A DNA stretch of 64,000 nucleotides from Eledone cirrhosa. Lineage: Eukaryota. Location of the stretch: NCBI GenBank assembly GCA_964016885.1, contig OZ024745.1, forward strand, positions 121,334,001 to 121,398,000, read 5' to 3'. Each line of letters starts with the position of its first letter. Position 1 is the stretch's first letter. The notes under the pieces were generated by a model that ran no database searches, was not told where the DNA came from, and saw nothing but the letters and a program-made list of their open reading frames with translations. This document shows positions 39,821-53,580 of the stretch, one piece after another. Both the position numbers and the translations under genes were made by a program.

Positions 39821-40170
39821 AAGGCGCATGGCTTAGTGGTTAGAGCATTGGGCTTACAATCGAAAGGTTGTGAGTTCGATTTTCGGACCGACCGAGCTTA
39901 GCATTGTGTTCTTGAGCAAGACACTTTATTTCACATTGATCCAGTTTACTCAAATGTAGAAATGAGTTGCGATGTCACTGGTGCCAAGCTGTGTCGGCCA
40001 TTGCCTTTCCCTTGGACAACATCGGTGGCATGGAGAGGGGAGATTGGTATGCATGGCCGACTGCTGGTCTTCCTCAAACAACCTTGCCTGGACTTGTGCC
40101 TCAGAGGGAAACTTCCTGGGTGCAAATTACATGGTCATTCGTATGTATGAGGGTGTTCATGGGTAGTCCC
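39820..40170 (+). mobile_element. Full-length family B SINE, long-tail variant
   Basis: GGCGCATGGCTTAGTGGTTAGAGC A-box, GAGTTCGATT B-box, CORE-like GTGTTCTTGAGCAAGACACTT. Confidence 0.88.
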
Positions 40171-40817
40171 ATTTAAATATATTACCAGGCGTATGTGTCT
40201 GTGTGAGCGTAGGAACGAGTTTTTATACTCGTATCTATGAGATGGATACCAATACATGCTCTGAATACCCATCCAAGTATCTCATTGTATTATTCAATAC
40301 ACTGGGCGGTGTGAGTCGGCGTGGTATGTGTAAGATCTTCTATATATTCCCATTTTAAATTCTTCTGTCTATGGATAATTGTAGCAATGTGTCTGTCTGG
40401 GTGTCTGTGTGAACTGATCCTTACATGCTTGTATGTGAGAATGTATTTACTTGTGTATATCTGACAGAAATGATATATGATGTTATTTCGGGGTTGATAA
40501 ACTACCTTCCTTCCAAACCTGATCACTAATGAAGACATTACCCAGTCATTGAAAATAGATCTTAATTGTCTCCACGTAGCCCCCCCCCTCCCCATCTCCA
40601 AAGACAGGCGCCATCAGCACAGCTTCTTAATGATGCCAGTCAATTTTGACCACACTAAACCTCTATTTTATTTATGACCTCACAAACCGTCGCATTCGAC
40701 TAGATTTGGGTCAACTGGTACATACACACAACTCCATCAAATTGTGAATTATCTGCCTACTACAACTACAATACCTATATCCCATCTACTACCATCATTG
40801 CTATCATTACTATTGGC

Positions 40818-41425
40818 AGCGGTGGATTGGTAGTATCAGTAGAGGGTCGGACGCCATGCTTTCCAGCATAGTTACGTCCCTTTATGATCTGAGTTCAAAT
40901 CCCGCCGAGGTTGACTTTGCCTTTCATCCTTACGGGGTCGATACAATAAAGTACCAGTAATGCACTGGGTAATTTGCTGGCCTTGTGCCTAAAGTAGAAA
41001 CAATTATTATTGGCAGTATCGGTAGAGGATCGGACGCCATGATTTGCAGCATACAGTTACGGCCCTTTATGATCTGAGTTCAAATCCCGCCGAGGTTAAC
41101 TTTGCTTTTCATCCTTACGAGGTCGATAAAAACGTACCAGTCTAGTACTGGGATGAATTCTTCCTTTATATCTCTTTCTCGTTTCCTCTCTCTCACTTTC
41201 TATCTTTCTCTGGAATAAATCTGCTATAGTCAGACCTGGAGAAGGATGAGCTCCGCCAGGCTTTAAATGCCCAAGAAACGCCGTATGTCAATGCGGCGCC
41301 CCTACGACTCTATCATGAGTTACGGGGCCATATATATATATATACTGCTGATGCTGCAAGAGTCTGGAAGGGGTGAGGGATAAATTACAAAGTTTGGAGA
41401 AAATATTAACAATGGAAACTATTCT
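40818..41425 (+). mobile_element. Tandem family A SINEs, the second carrying the structured tail
   Basis: Heads at 40818 and 41010; tail ~41215-41330. Confidence 0.85.
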
Positions 41426-41664
41426 GACGTCGTCCATCGAGAAGTAGTTTGCGGGTCGCGTGTTCAACATCCCGTGTGGAAATGTTCGTTTTATAGGAAG
41501 ATGAACTAGAAAAATGACAACGGTTAACAGATGTGTTTTAATATTTAATTCATTTCTCTAGATACCAATTCTGTTAACAGTTCATGTTTTCCCGTTTAAA
41601 AGTGGGACGAAGAAGTGGGTAAATATATAACATTCAATTTACAATATCGATACTGCTATATCGA

Positions 41665-41830
41665 ATGAATAGAAGTAAACATACGCACATATGTACACCA
41701 GGTCCGAATATAGAGGAGCCGAACTCCCACTGTCATTGCCTCCATCTCTCTCGCCCTCCCCATCTTTCACTATTATAAACAAATGGGGTCCCACACGTTT
41801 GCCACCCCACGGCCCCGGCGGACAGAACAG
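41665..41830 (-). mobile_element. CRE-like 3' UTR fragment (related pieces at 26940-26980, 54170-54240, 55097-55205, 60589-60632)
   Basis: ACACCAGGTCCGAA..AGAGGAGCCGAACTCCCACTGTCAT shared with 35603-35760 and 52170-53580. Confidence 0.75.
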
Positions 41831-42061
41831 TGCAGACAAATAAATGGTAGCAGCTTGTTTAACCACTTTATGTTTTGCTTCGGTAACAAAATCGAAATTT
41901 ATGAAACTATTTCTACCGTTTCTGTGAGGACAGAGTGTGTGTTTTGTTAGTTATGTCAATATTTAGTCAGTTTATTAACAACGGTATTCGCTGAAATCTT
42001 ATTGAAAGAAACATGACCGAGGAAAAAATATGTATTTCTAAATCTGAATCCAAACATTTGA

Positions 42062-43422
42062 CGAGAGATAGAGAGATAGAAAAGGTGTGTATGAGAGAGA
42101 GGGGGTAGGGAGAGAGAGAAAGAGAGAGCTAGATGAGGTATGGTGTGAGAATGTATGTGAGAGAGAGGGGGAGAGAGAGAAGGTATGTATGAGAGAGAGG
42201 GGTAGGGGAGAGAGAGAAAGAGAGAGCTAGATGGGGTATGGTGTGAGAATGTATGTGAGAGAGAGGGGGAGAGAGAGAAGGTATGTATGAGAGAGAGGGA
42301 TAGGGGAGAGAGAGAAAGAGAGAGCTAGATGGGGTATGGTGTGAGAATGTGTGAGAGAGAGGGGGAGAGAGAGAAGGTATGTATGAGAGAGAGGGGTAGG
42401 GGAGAGAGAGAAAGAGAGAGCTAGATGGGGTATGGTGTGAGAATGTGTGAGAGAGAGAGAGAGGGGGGGTAGAGATAGACAGGATTACGAGCATGCGTGA
42501 GAGAGATATAGAATGAAGTGTGAGGTGACTAAGAGAAATATAGTGTGTGAAGGTGAGGGAGACATAGAGGGGGTGGGGTGTAAGATGGGGTGGTAGAAAG
42601 ATAGAAAGGGAGAAGTGGTGGGAGGAAATGAGAGACAGACAAATGGACAGTTAGTAAGAGATGAAGAGTGAAAGGGAGAGGAAGAGAAGGGAAAGGTAGT
42701 GTGTGGAAAAGTAGATTAAAAGAAAGTGAGAGAGAGACAGATAAAGTGAGTGTATGTGTGTGTGTGAGAGAGAGAGAGTGTGTGTGTGTGAGAGTGTGTG
42801 TGTGTGAGGGTGTGTGTGTTTGAGAGAGAGTGTGTGTGAGAGACAGATAAAGTGAGTGTATGTGTGTGTGTGTGAGAGAGAGAGTGTGAGTGTGTGTGTG
42901 TGTGAGAGTGTGTGAGGGAGAGAGTGTGTGTATGTGTGTGTGTGTGTGAGAGAGAGAGTGTGTGAAAGAGAGTGTGTGTGTGAGAGAGAGTGTGTGTGTG
43001 AGAGAGAGTGTGTGTGTGTGTGTGTGAAAGAGAGAGTGTGTGTGTGAGAGAGTGTGTGTGTGTGAGAGAGTGTGTGTGTGTGTGTGTGAAAGAGAGTGTG
43101 TGTGAGAGAGAGAGAGAGTGTGTGTGTGTGAGAGAGTGTGTGTGTGTGTGTGTGAAAGAGAGTGTGTGTGAGAGAGAGAGAGTGTGTGTGTGTGTGAGAG
43201 AGTGTGTGTGTGTGTGTGTGAGAGAGTGTGTGTGTGTGTGTGAGAGAGTGTGTGTGTGTGTGTGTGAAAGAGAGTGTGTGTGAGAGAGAGAGAGTGTGTG
43301 TGTGTGAGAGAGAGTGTGTGTGTGTGTGTGTGAGAGAGTGTGTGTGTGTGTGTGAGAGAGTGTGTGTGTGTGTGTGTGAAAGAGAGTGTGTGTGAGAGAG
43401 AGAGAGTGTGTGTGTGTGTGAG

Positions 43423-43454
<32 letters not shown>

Positions 43455-43495
43455 TGTGTGTGTGTGTGTGTGTGAGAGAGTGTGTGTGTGTGTGT
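42062..43495. repeat. GA-rich ~100-bp repeats followed by compound (GT)n/(GA)n
   Basis: Direct reading. Confidence 0.95.
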
Positions 43496-43564
43496 AACAC
43501 ACGTTCCTCTAGCGACGGCCATAATGTATAACCATATTGTAGTTATGTCGTTATTGTGGTTGTG

Positions 43565-43800
43565 TACCATGTCTGAGGATTTCTGAATTCTGTTTTCTTA
43601 AAAAAGTTGCTATGAAGGGTTTTTTCATGAAGGTCTCTTCCTCCTTGTCGTTACTTCCTTCTTGGACGTGCCCTCGTCTATTGTCTTCTCCTTCACTACA
43701 ACTTTGAGCATCGGCTCTTTACTCTCAGACACATATTTGTGTAGACAGCTCTCCTCCATCTGAACACACTCCTCTACACTAATAAGACCTCTTCCACCTT
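43565..43800 (-). pseudogene. R4/Dong-like non-LTR retrotransposon fragment (post-RT region)
   Basis: Minus strand reads GGRGLISVEECVQMEESCLHKYVSESKEPMLK, then frameshifted EKTLHSNFFKKTE..QTW. Confidence 0.7.
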
Positions 43801-43817
43801 CAGATCTCTTTAAATAG

Positions 43818-44245
43818 ATGGATTGGCAGTATCGGTAGAGGGTCGGATGCCATGCTTTCCAGTATAGAGTTACGGCCCTTTACGGTCTGAGTTCAAATGC
43901 CGCCGAGGTTAACTTTGTCTTTCATCTTTACAGGGTCGATAAAATAAAGTACCAGTCACGCACTGGTGTCAATTTAATCGACTTTCCCCTCCCCCCAGAA
44001 TGACTGGGCTTGTGCCTATACTAGAAATCGTTAATATAAGAAACCCAAAACAAAATATAAGAAACCATTATATCGGTAGAGGGTCGGACGCCATGCTTTG
44101 ACGCATAGAGTTACGTCCCTTGCCATTCTGAGTTCAAATCCCGCCGAGGTTAACTTTGCCTTTCATCCTTACGGGGGTCGATAAAATAAAGTACCAGTAA
44201 TGTACTGGGTATTTGCTGGCCTTGTGCCAATAGTAGAAACAATTC
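43818..44245 (+). mobile_element. Two family A SINEs
   Basis: Head and core motifs. Confidence 0.88.
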
Positions 44246-44254
44246 TTATTTGCT

Positions 44255-44370
44255 CACTTATTCCTGTGAGGGTCATGGGGACAGAGTGTCGTCAAGAACA
44301 ACTTCCAGTGGGTCCTGTTAGAAGCAACCATCTCGAATTGATCCAGCTGGATTCCCAGACGAAAGAAGCA
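44255..44370 (-). pseudogene. RTE-like ORF C-terminal end
   Basis: LGIQLDQFEMVASNRTHWKLFLTTLCP matches the RTE terminal A..R..W......LC motif. Confidence 0.55.
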
Positions 44371-44549
44371 GACGTTTAGTTCTTGTGGGGTGACATTTTT
44401 CCTGGGAGAAGAATTTTTGTGGGGTTAAATTTTCGAGGTGGATATTTCAGAAGAACATTTGGTGGTTTGAATATTCTTTGGAACATTCCGGGGGGGGGGG
44501 GGTATGTCGCTCTTGTGGTTTACTATTGGTCTTGTTCTTTTTGTTAAAA

Positions 44550-45625
44550 TTGATGATGGTCATGGTGATGATGATGATGATTATGATGATGATGATGATG
44601 ATGCAACTATTGATAGTCTTGTTGCAGTTCTTGTGGGGGCGGCGGTGCTGGTGGAAAGAATCGCCATTGTTGTTATTGTTGTTGTTGTTGTTGTTAACAT
44701 AGTTGTTATTGCAATAGAGTGGTGTAGGTCGTTATAATTTCTTCTTCTTCTTCTTCTTCTTCTTCTTCTTCTTCTTCTTCTTCTTCTTCTTCTTCTTCTT
44801 TTTCATCTACTTCTTTTTCTTCTTCTTTTTCATCTATTTCTTCTTCTTCATCTACTTCTTTTTCTTCTTCTTTGTCTTCATCCCCCCCCCCCCCCCCCAT
44901 CTATTCTGTTGTAGCCATCATTGCCATGTCTGCTATTGCTGTGGCTGTGATAATTAATCGTTCCTACTCTTGTTGTTATTATCGATGGCGATGATGATGA
45001 TGATGACGACGGGAGAGCAGGAGTCAATTAATCGTTCATACTATAGCTGTTGTTGTTGTTGTTGTTGTTGGTACTGCTGCTGTTGCTGCTGTTGATGATG
45101 ATGATGATGATGTTGATGTTGATAATGATGGTGATTGTGGTGGTAGTGATGATGATGGTGGTGATGGTGGTGATGATGATGATGATGATGATGATGGTGG
45201 TGGTGATGGTTGTTGTGGTCATGGTGGTGATGGTGGTGATGGCGATGATGGTGGTGGTGGTGGTGGTGGTGGTGGTGGTGATGATGATGGTGGTGATGAT
45301 GATGATGATGATGATGGTGGTGGTGATGGTTGTTGTGGTCATGGTGGTGATGGTGGTGATGGTGATGATGATGGTGGTGGTGATGATGATGGTGGTGATG
45401 ATGGTGATGATGATGGTGGTGGTGGTGGTGGTGGTGGTGGTGGTGGTGATGATGATGGTGGTGATGATGATGATGATGATGGTGGTGATGATGGTTGTTG
45501 TGGTCATGGTGGTGATGGTGGTGATGGTGATGATGATGGTGGTGGTGGTGGTGGTGGTGGTGGTGATGATGATGGTGGTGATGATGGTGGTGATGATGGT
45601 GGTGGTGGTGGTGGTGGTGGTGGCG
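44550..45625. repeat. Trinucleotide microsatellites (GAT, GTT, TTC, GGT)
   Basis: Direct reading. Confidence 0.95.
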
Positions 45626-46617
45626 ACGTAGGAGTGACTGGGCAGCAAGTGTCGCCGGTTAAGATTGATTGCGGGGAAGTCCCGGTGAAGGACGGCCGTG
45701 ATTTATCAGATCTCCAGAAGTATTTCCAAAGTCTGTTCTATTCTATTCCCATCTCCAGCTGCTTTAAGAGGGAGGGAGGGAGGGGTGGTGCTGAGATAGA
45801 CAGGGCCGTTAGTGGTGGGAGGGCTGGGATCAGACACGTGACAGCAGACATGGGTGGGAGTTACTGAAGGGATTTGCAATGATGTTCGGGGTCAGAAATG
45901 GCAATTGAGTGAATGAGAGAGAGGGTGTGTGGAGAGAGAGGGGAAGGGTGGAGAGAGAGAGAAAGTAGAGAGAGGAGAGGGGAAGTGAGAAAGAAAGAAA
46001 GGGTTTGGGAGAGGGATAGGGGAGGGGAAGTGGGAGAGAAAGAAAGGGTGAAGAGAGGTAGAGGGTAGAGAGGGAGAGAGAGAGGGGGAGAAAGAAAGAA
46101 AGGGTGAAGAGAGATAGAGGGGAGGGGAAGTGAGAGAGAAAGAAGGGCTGGAGAGAGCAAGGAGGTAGAGAGGAGAAGTGAGAGAGATAGAGAGAGGAGG
46201 TAAGTGAGAAAGATAGATAGACAGAGAGAGAGGAGGTAAGTGAGAAAGATAGAGGATAGAAAGAGTGTGTGGGGGGGGCAGATAGAAAGAGACAGTGTAG
46301 AGAAATTAGAGGGAGGTGTAGGAGGTTGGAAAAGGCTAAAAGTCACGTGTGTGCCTGTATAGGTTTGTGGATGAAGATGTATGTGTTTGTGTGTGAGTAT
46401 GTATGTGTGCATATCTGTATGCGTGTCTATGTAGTAATGGTAGAACAGAGTACTAAATACTCTATGTAGAGTATCTGTATGGAGGCAGTAAAAGTCATGG
46501 ACATCTGATCGATTAGACACGTTGTTTCGTGTGTGTGAAACTTTCAGTAATGGCTGCCTGAGTCATTAACCGTGTTTTGACACACACATGTTATGTGTGC
46601 ATATGTGTATGTATGTA

Positions 46618-46654
<37 letters not shown>

Positions 46655-46774
46655 TAAACAGAAATATATAGGCACGTGCATATGTATGGTGTTATAAATA
46701 AGCGTTAAATTAATATATTTCCTCACTGTACTGCTTTCTTGTTTCCGTTTACTTTTTACATAAACATATAAAAT

Positions 46775-46978
46775 GGTTTCTTATATAGGCACAAGGCCAG
46801 CAATTTTTTTTTTTTTGGGGGGGGGGGGGGGTTAAATCGACCCCAGTGCGTGACTGGTGCTTTATTTTATCGAAAGGCAAAGTTAACCTCGGCGGGATTT
46901 GAACTCAGACCGTAAAGGACCGTAACTCTAACCGGCAAAGGTTACTGTCCGACTCTCTACCGATACTGCCAATCCACC
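46775..46978 (-). mobile_element. Family A SINE
   Basis: Reverse-complement motifs. Confidence 0.85.
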
Positions 46979-47109
46979 GGCAGGACGATTTGTTAAGCTT
47001 TCATTACGTTTATTGATTGGTGACGCACGTTTCGCTATTGATCAGCCCAAGGTTCGATCTGAATGGATCTGGCCCGACTCTGGAATCAAAAGCTCGACGG
47101 ACCTCTGCT

Positions 47110-47286
47110 GTTGTAATGACATATAATAGCATATCTCTACTGTATTATACGTTTGGTAGAAATATCCAACGGTAAGAGCACTCAGTCCATAAGACGAGTT
47201 TAGTATAAAACAGTGACATACACCGGTACTTAAGTTTCGTTGGGTAATACACCCCAACGAAACTTAAGTACCTGTATGTCACTGTT
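47110..47286 (-). mobile_element. Fold-back PLE-type element (hammerhead family 4, 5' core missing)
   Basis: Arms ~47209-47244/47253-47286 with GAAAC-TTAA-GTA palindromic stem III; followed by ~240 bp of (TA)n. Confidence 0.65.
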
Positions 47287-47291
47287 GTAAC

Positions 47292-47862
<571 letters not shown>

Positions 47863-47866
47863 ATAT

Positions 47867-48131
<265 letters not shown>

Positions 48132-48334
48132 GAAAGAAGAGTGACACGGTTTGCTATACAAAAAAGGTTTTTAATCTCATTGCTGACAATTGTTTCTCTG
48201 AACTGGTAGGTCTAGAGATCGCTATCCGCTTATTTTCATGTTACTCAATCGCCAATACAAAGTTATAACCAGTCAGTTCATCGGAGCTTGCGAGAATAAA
48301 AAGAATATACTGTATATTCTTTTCATTCAGTTTT

Positions 48335-48518
48335 ATAGGAAGATGAACGAGAAAAATGACAACGGTTAACAGATGTGTTTTAATATTTAATTCATTTCTC
48401 TGGAAGAAATCTGCTGTACTCAGGGCTAGAGAGGAGATGGGTTCCGCCAGGTTTAAAATGTCCAAGAAACGCCGTATGTTAATATGACGCCACTACGACT
48501 CTATCATGAGTTACAGGA

Positions 48519-48520
<2 letters not shown>
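48335..48520 (+). mobile_element. Structured SINE-tail module without a SINE head, preceded by a module also at 41495-41558
   Basis: AGGAAGATGAAC.AGAAAAATGACAACGGTTAACAGATGTG... joined to CTGCTGTACTCAGG...GACTCTATCATGAGTTAC. Confidence 0.7.
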
Positions 48521-48565
<45 letters not shown>

Positions 48566-48566
<1 letters not shown>

Positions 48567-48997
48567 TAGCAGATTTACCCGGCGTTGCCCGGGTTTTGAA
48601 AATCCCATAAGGATTTACTTTTTATGGGTTTGCTGACACAGGCATGTGACTTAGAAGAAAATCGATGCTCGCTTAAGAGCCTTGTAGTGCAGAGAATAAA
48701 CACCTACAATTTTGTCGCGAGTGACAAAAAAATGTGCAAGCTACAGCTGAAAAGTTGTAGGTCCCAACAGTTTGAATGGAAAGTCCCATGGGGATTTTGT
48801 TTTGATTGATCATACACTTCAGAAAAATTAATTTTGCTATCGATTTTTTATTGCTCAACGTGGGTCGATTTGAAAAATTTTCAACGTGCACAGAAAATTT
48901 GGTCAAATTCGGTTGGGAATTGTAAAAGCCTTAGCTGTCCAAAGTTGTCCACAAACACACACAGACACACATCCTCGCTTTTATATATATATATAGA
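48566..48997 (-). mobile_element. Complete non-autonomous Helitron inserted in (TA)n
   Basis: A|CTAG..CCCGGCGTTGCCCGGG hairpin on the left; TATATAGA|T (5' TC end on minus) on the right. Confidence 0.85.
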
Positions 48998-50389
48998 TAG
49001 ATATAGATATATAGATATATATATATATATAGATAGATATAGATATATATATATATAGAGAGAGAGAGAGATATATAGATATATATACTATGGTGTGGAC
49101 GTGTATGTGTGTATGTGGACATAAATGTGTGTATGTGTGTCTATGTATGTGAACATAGATGTGTGTATGTGAACATGTGCATGTGTGTATATGAACATAG
49201 ATGTATGCATGTGTGTCTATGTATGTGGACATAGATGTGTGTCTATGTATTTGAACGTGTCTGTGTGTATGTGTATGTGCACATAGATGTGTGCATGTGA
49301 ATATATGTGTGTCTATGTATGTGGACATAGAGGTGTGTATGTGTGCCTATGTATGTGAACATATGTGTATGTGTGTCTATGGGTGTGAACATAAATGTGT
49401 GTGTGTGTGTGTAATTATATGTGTGCCAATGTGTGTGAACATAGAAGTGTGTATTTATGTACGTGAACATACATGTGTGTCTATGGGTGTGTATATGTAA
49501 TTATGTGTAATTATGCATGTGTGTGAACATGTGTGTGTGTATGTACACATTATTCGGTGTACTCTATTTTAAGATCGTACAGTGATTTGAGTAAGGTTTG
49601 GGCTGCTATTGTTAATACTCGGGTGTTAAATATGTTTCGCTGAGAAGATGTAATAAAGTCGAAGTTTGTTCGTTGCTTTAAAGATAACAACAACCTCAAT
49701 CTGCATTGTTCAAAAGTGTTTGAACAATGTTCGTTCCTCACAAACATCATCCCAACAAAAATATTTATTTCTCTGTTGCCCGAGCTGTCTATTTTACGTG
49801 GTACTTTTAATTAAATCGTCGAAACCACAGCCGGCCTAAAAGCTGATGAGTGTATTTGAATGTTTGTATGATCTTCTCTCGTCCATCTTCCGTTTCTCCT
49901 TTCTTTCTATCACTTCTGCGGACCAACACACTTCTAGCCACTGATGTCTATTCTTTGAGGTAAATTTTACCTGACACTGACGGCATTTAGTTGTTTTAAC
50001 AGCTCCTTGCGACTCTGCTAATTCGACGCCTGTCAGTAATATAGACTGCATATCTATTGTATCCACTTTCCTTCTTCACCTCCAGCTTCTCCTCCTCCTT
50101 GCTCCCACCATTAGCTCGAAATTTTGCGGCCTTCTGCCAAATTTAGAAATACATAATTCTTTAAAACACTATTTCCACTGAAACAGTCAATTTGCTATTA
50201 CTGCTATAACAAACAATACTGCTGCTACCGTTGCTATAGTGAATCTGGCGGAAGAAAATTAAAAACACGGCAATTATTATATACAATTGATAAACTTCTT
50301 CCACTGATGTTGCTGCTGCTGCTGCTGCTGCTGCTGTTGCTACTGTTGCTGCTGCTGCTGCTGCTGCTGCTGTAGAGGCGATCCTGTAA

Positions 50390-51330
50390 TAGCCCGTGGC
50401 TTAGTGGTTACAGTGTTTCGATCATGGTCGTATAACCATGATTTCAAATCCAAGCAGCGCGTTGTTTTCTTAAGCAAGATACGTTATTTTGGCATTGCTC
50501 CAGTCCATTCAGCTGGCAAAAGTGAGTTGTACCTGTAATTCAAAGTCACGTAGCTTAATGGTTAGGGTGTTCGACCCACAATTGTATGGTCGAGTGTTCG
50601 ATTCCCAGCGGCATATTCTGTCCTTGAGCAAAATATTTTATTTCACATCGCTCCAGTCCATCCCAGCTGGCAAAAATAAGTTGTACCAGTAATTAAAAGG
50701 GGCCAGTTTTGCCACACACGGTGTTACATGGGGTCTCCTTGAGGAATACGTTAACGGCACACGTGTCTGTGAAACACACAATCACTTGGACATTAATTTC
50801 TCAAGCAGTTTGTTCCATTGTTCTAACATCTGGAATACTTATCGTCGAAACCGACATTGATCCATTCCAATGGTAATGCCCCGTCACTTGACTCAGTTCA
50901 CGTTATTATAAGCAGGTAAATGGCAGTGGATTGGTAGTATTGGTAGAGGGTCGGACGCCATGATTTGCAGCATAGAGTTACGGTCCTTTACGGCCTAAGT
51001 TCAAATCCCGCCGAGGTTAACTTTGCCCTTCATCCTTACGGGGGCGATAAAATAAAGTACCAGTCATCCACTGGGGTAATTGCTGACCTTGTGCCAAAAG
51101 TTGAAACAATTATTTAACGGCTAGCAGTATCGTTAGAGCGTCGGACAACCTGTTTCGTGGCATACAGTTAAGACCCTTTACGTTCTGAGTTCAAATCCCG
51201 CCGAGGTTAGCTTTGCCTTTCATCCTTACGGGGTCGATAAAATAAAGTCCCAGTAATGTATTGGGTCAATTTAATCGACTTTCCCCCTCCCCCAAAATTG
51301 CTGGCTTTGTACCTATAGTAGAAACAATTA
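50390..51330 (+). mobile_element. Two family B SINEs then two family A SINEs
   Basis: Head and core motifs. Confidence 0.8.
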
Positions 51331-51774
51331 TTTAGCAGCAGTATTAACACGGCGGGATGTATAACAGAGTCGTGTATGAAAGCATATACGATATAATTAT
51401 GCAGAATAAATATATCTAAATCTTGCTGTGAGTATGTTAAGCTGTGATCATGTCCCAACTATCTCAGTAAACGTTTGAGAACGCCAAACACTAGTATTTC
51501 AGGGTTGTTATCCATCTTCAATGACGTGATTTATACGAATCGCGCTGTATTAGTGCTACTGATAATTATTATCAACCCGCCAAGCTCGCCCCATACGTAA
51601 ATAAGCATCACCATGAATTATTATATGCAAAAATCTTTATAAACTATCAGCTTATTTTTGCCTCAGTACCGAGTAAGTAAACGTGACGGATAAATACTAG
51701 TATTTGACCTTCTCACATTGCTACTAGGGTAATTTAAGAACTTATAATATTTAGAATGGCATTCATGTCACCAA

Positions 51775-52074
51775 GGGCCTTGTTTCAGGGGGTACCAGGG
51801 GACAAGCCCCCACCCCCCACACCACCCATACACACACACATACACACTTTTTCAAACGTCTATATTTTATTTTTTGTTTATTTGATAAAATAAATTCTTT
51901 TTAAGCTTATTTTTTTATATCTGAACTTCATTTAAATATATAAAATTTACTTAGCGTAAAATGTTACTTATGTGATAGGGTCCGGGAAAGGCACCATAAG
52001 CAATACTAACATGCTCCTTTAAGAATCAACAAATGTTGGTTTGTCCCCCTCACATTTTTAAGGCAAACGAGGCC
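51775..52074. mobile_element. Putative hAT-like MITE
   Basis: GGGCCTTGTTT / AAACGAGGCCC short TIRs; no clear TSD. Confidence 0.4.
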
Positions 52075-52198
52075 CACAATGAAAAAAAATATCATGCAGT
52101 GAAGAAAAAACTATAGAAATGTATTACTAAAATTATTTAAATGTGGAGAGCCTAGATAGTCATATCGAGTGAATAGAAGTAAACATACACACACATGT

Positions 52199-53480
52199 AC
52201 ACCAGGTCCGAACACAGAGGAGCCGAACTCCCAATGTCATCGCCTCCCCGTCTCTCCCGCCCTCCCCGTCTCTCATATATACACCAGGTCCGAACACAGA
52301 GGAACCAAACTCCCACTGTCATCGCCTCCGTCTCTCCTGCCCTCCCCGTCTCTCATATATACACCAGGTCCGAACACAGAGGAACCAAACTCCCACTGTC
52401 ATCGCCTCCGTCTCTCCTGCCCTCCCCGTCTCTCATATATACACCAGGTCCGAACACAGAGGAACCAAACTCCCACTGTCATCGCCTCCGTCTCTCCTGC
52501 CCTCCCCGTCTCTCATATATACATCAGGTCCGAACACAGAGGAACCAAACTCCCACTGTCATCGCCTCCGTCTCTCCTGCCCTCCCCGTCTCTCATATAT
52601 ACACCAGGTCCGAACACAGAGGAACCAAACTCCCACTGTCATCGCCTCCGTCTCTCCTGCCCTCCCCGTCTCTCATATATACATCAGGTCCGAACACAGA
52701 GGAACCAAACTCCCACTGTCATCGCCTCCGTCTCTCCCGCCCTCCCCGTCTCTCATATATACATCAGGTCCAAACACAGAGGAACCAAACTCCCACTGTC
52801 ATCGCCTCCGTCTCTCCTGCCCTCCCCGTCTCTCATATATACATCAGGTCCGAACACAGAGGAACCAAACTCCCACTGTCATCGCCTCCGTCTCTCCTGC
52901 CCTCCCCGTCTCTCATATATACACCAGGTCCGAACACAGAGGAACCAAACTCCCACTGTCATCGCCTCCGTCTCTCCTGCCCTCCCCGTCTCTCATATAT
53001 ACATCAGGTCCGAACACAGAGGAACCAAACTCCCACTGTCATCGCCTCCGTCTCTCCCGCCCTCCCCGTCTCTCATATATACATCAGGTCCAAACACAGA
53101 GGAACCAAACTCCCACTGTCATCGCCTCCGTCTCTCCTGCCCTCCCCGTCTCTCATATATACATCAGGTCGAAACACAGAGGAACCAAACTCCCACTGTC
53201 ATCGCCTCCGTCTCTCCCTCCCTCCCCGTCTCTCATATATACATCAGGTCCGAACACAGAGGAACCAAACTCCCACTGTCATCGCCTCCGTCTCTCCTGC
53301 CCTCCCCGTCTCTCATATATACATCAGGTCCAAACACAGAGGAACCAAACTCCCACTGTCATCGCCTCCGTCTCTCCTGCCCTCCCCGTCTCTCATATAT
53401 ACATCAGGTCGAAACACAGAGGAACCAAACTCCCACTGTCATCGCCTCCGTCTCTCCTGCCCTCCCCATCGCTCACTATT
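52199..53480. repeat. 80-bp satellite, 16 copies, derived from the CRE-like 3' UTR
   Basis: Unit ACA(C/T)CAGGTCCGAACACAGAGGAACCAAACTCCCACTGTCATCGCCTCCGTCTCTCCTGCCCTCCCCGTCTCTCATATAT; starts every 80 bp from 52281 to 53401. Confidence 0.97.
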
Positions 53481-53580
53481 ATGAGCAAATGGGGACCCAC
53501 GGCCCTGGCGGACAGAATAGAAAACGCGATACCCCGGAAGATGGTGAGGAAGATGCGCTGGAAGAGCCATTCCAGCTCGC
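53481..53580 (-). pseudogene. CRE-like ORF terminus contiguous with the 80-bp array
   Basis: Minus strand ELEWLFQRIFLTIFRGIAFSILSARA, paralogous to 35750-35830. Confidence 0.8.

Noticed and set aside
39823-39895. tRNA genes at SINE heads
   Set aside because: A/B boxes are present, but there is no acceptor stem or complete cloverleaf and the sequence continues into a SINE body.
49836-50066. 76-aa ORF with CxxC as a host zinc-finger exon
   Set aside because: There is no second metal-ligand pair with proper spacing and no recognisable family or clear splice sites.
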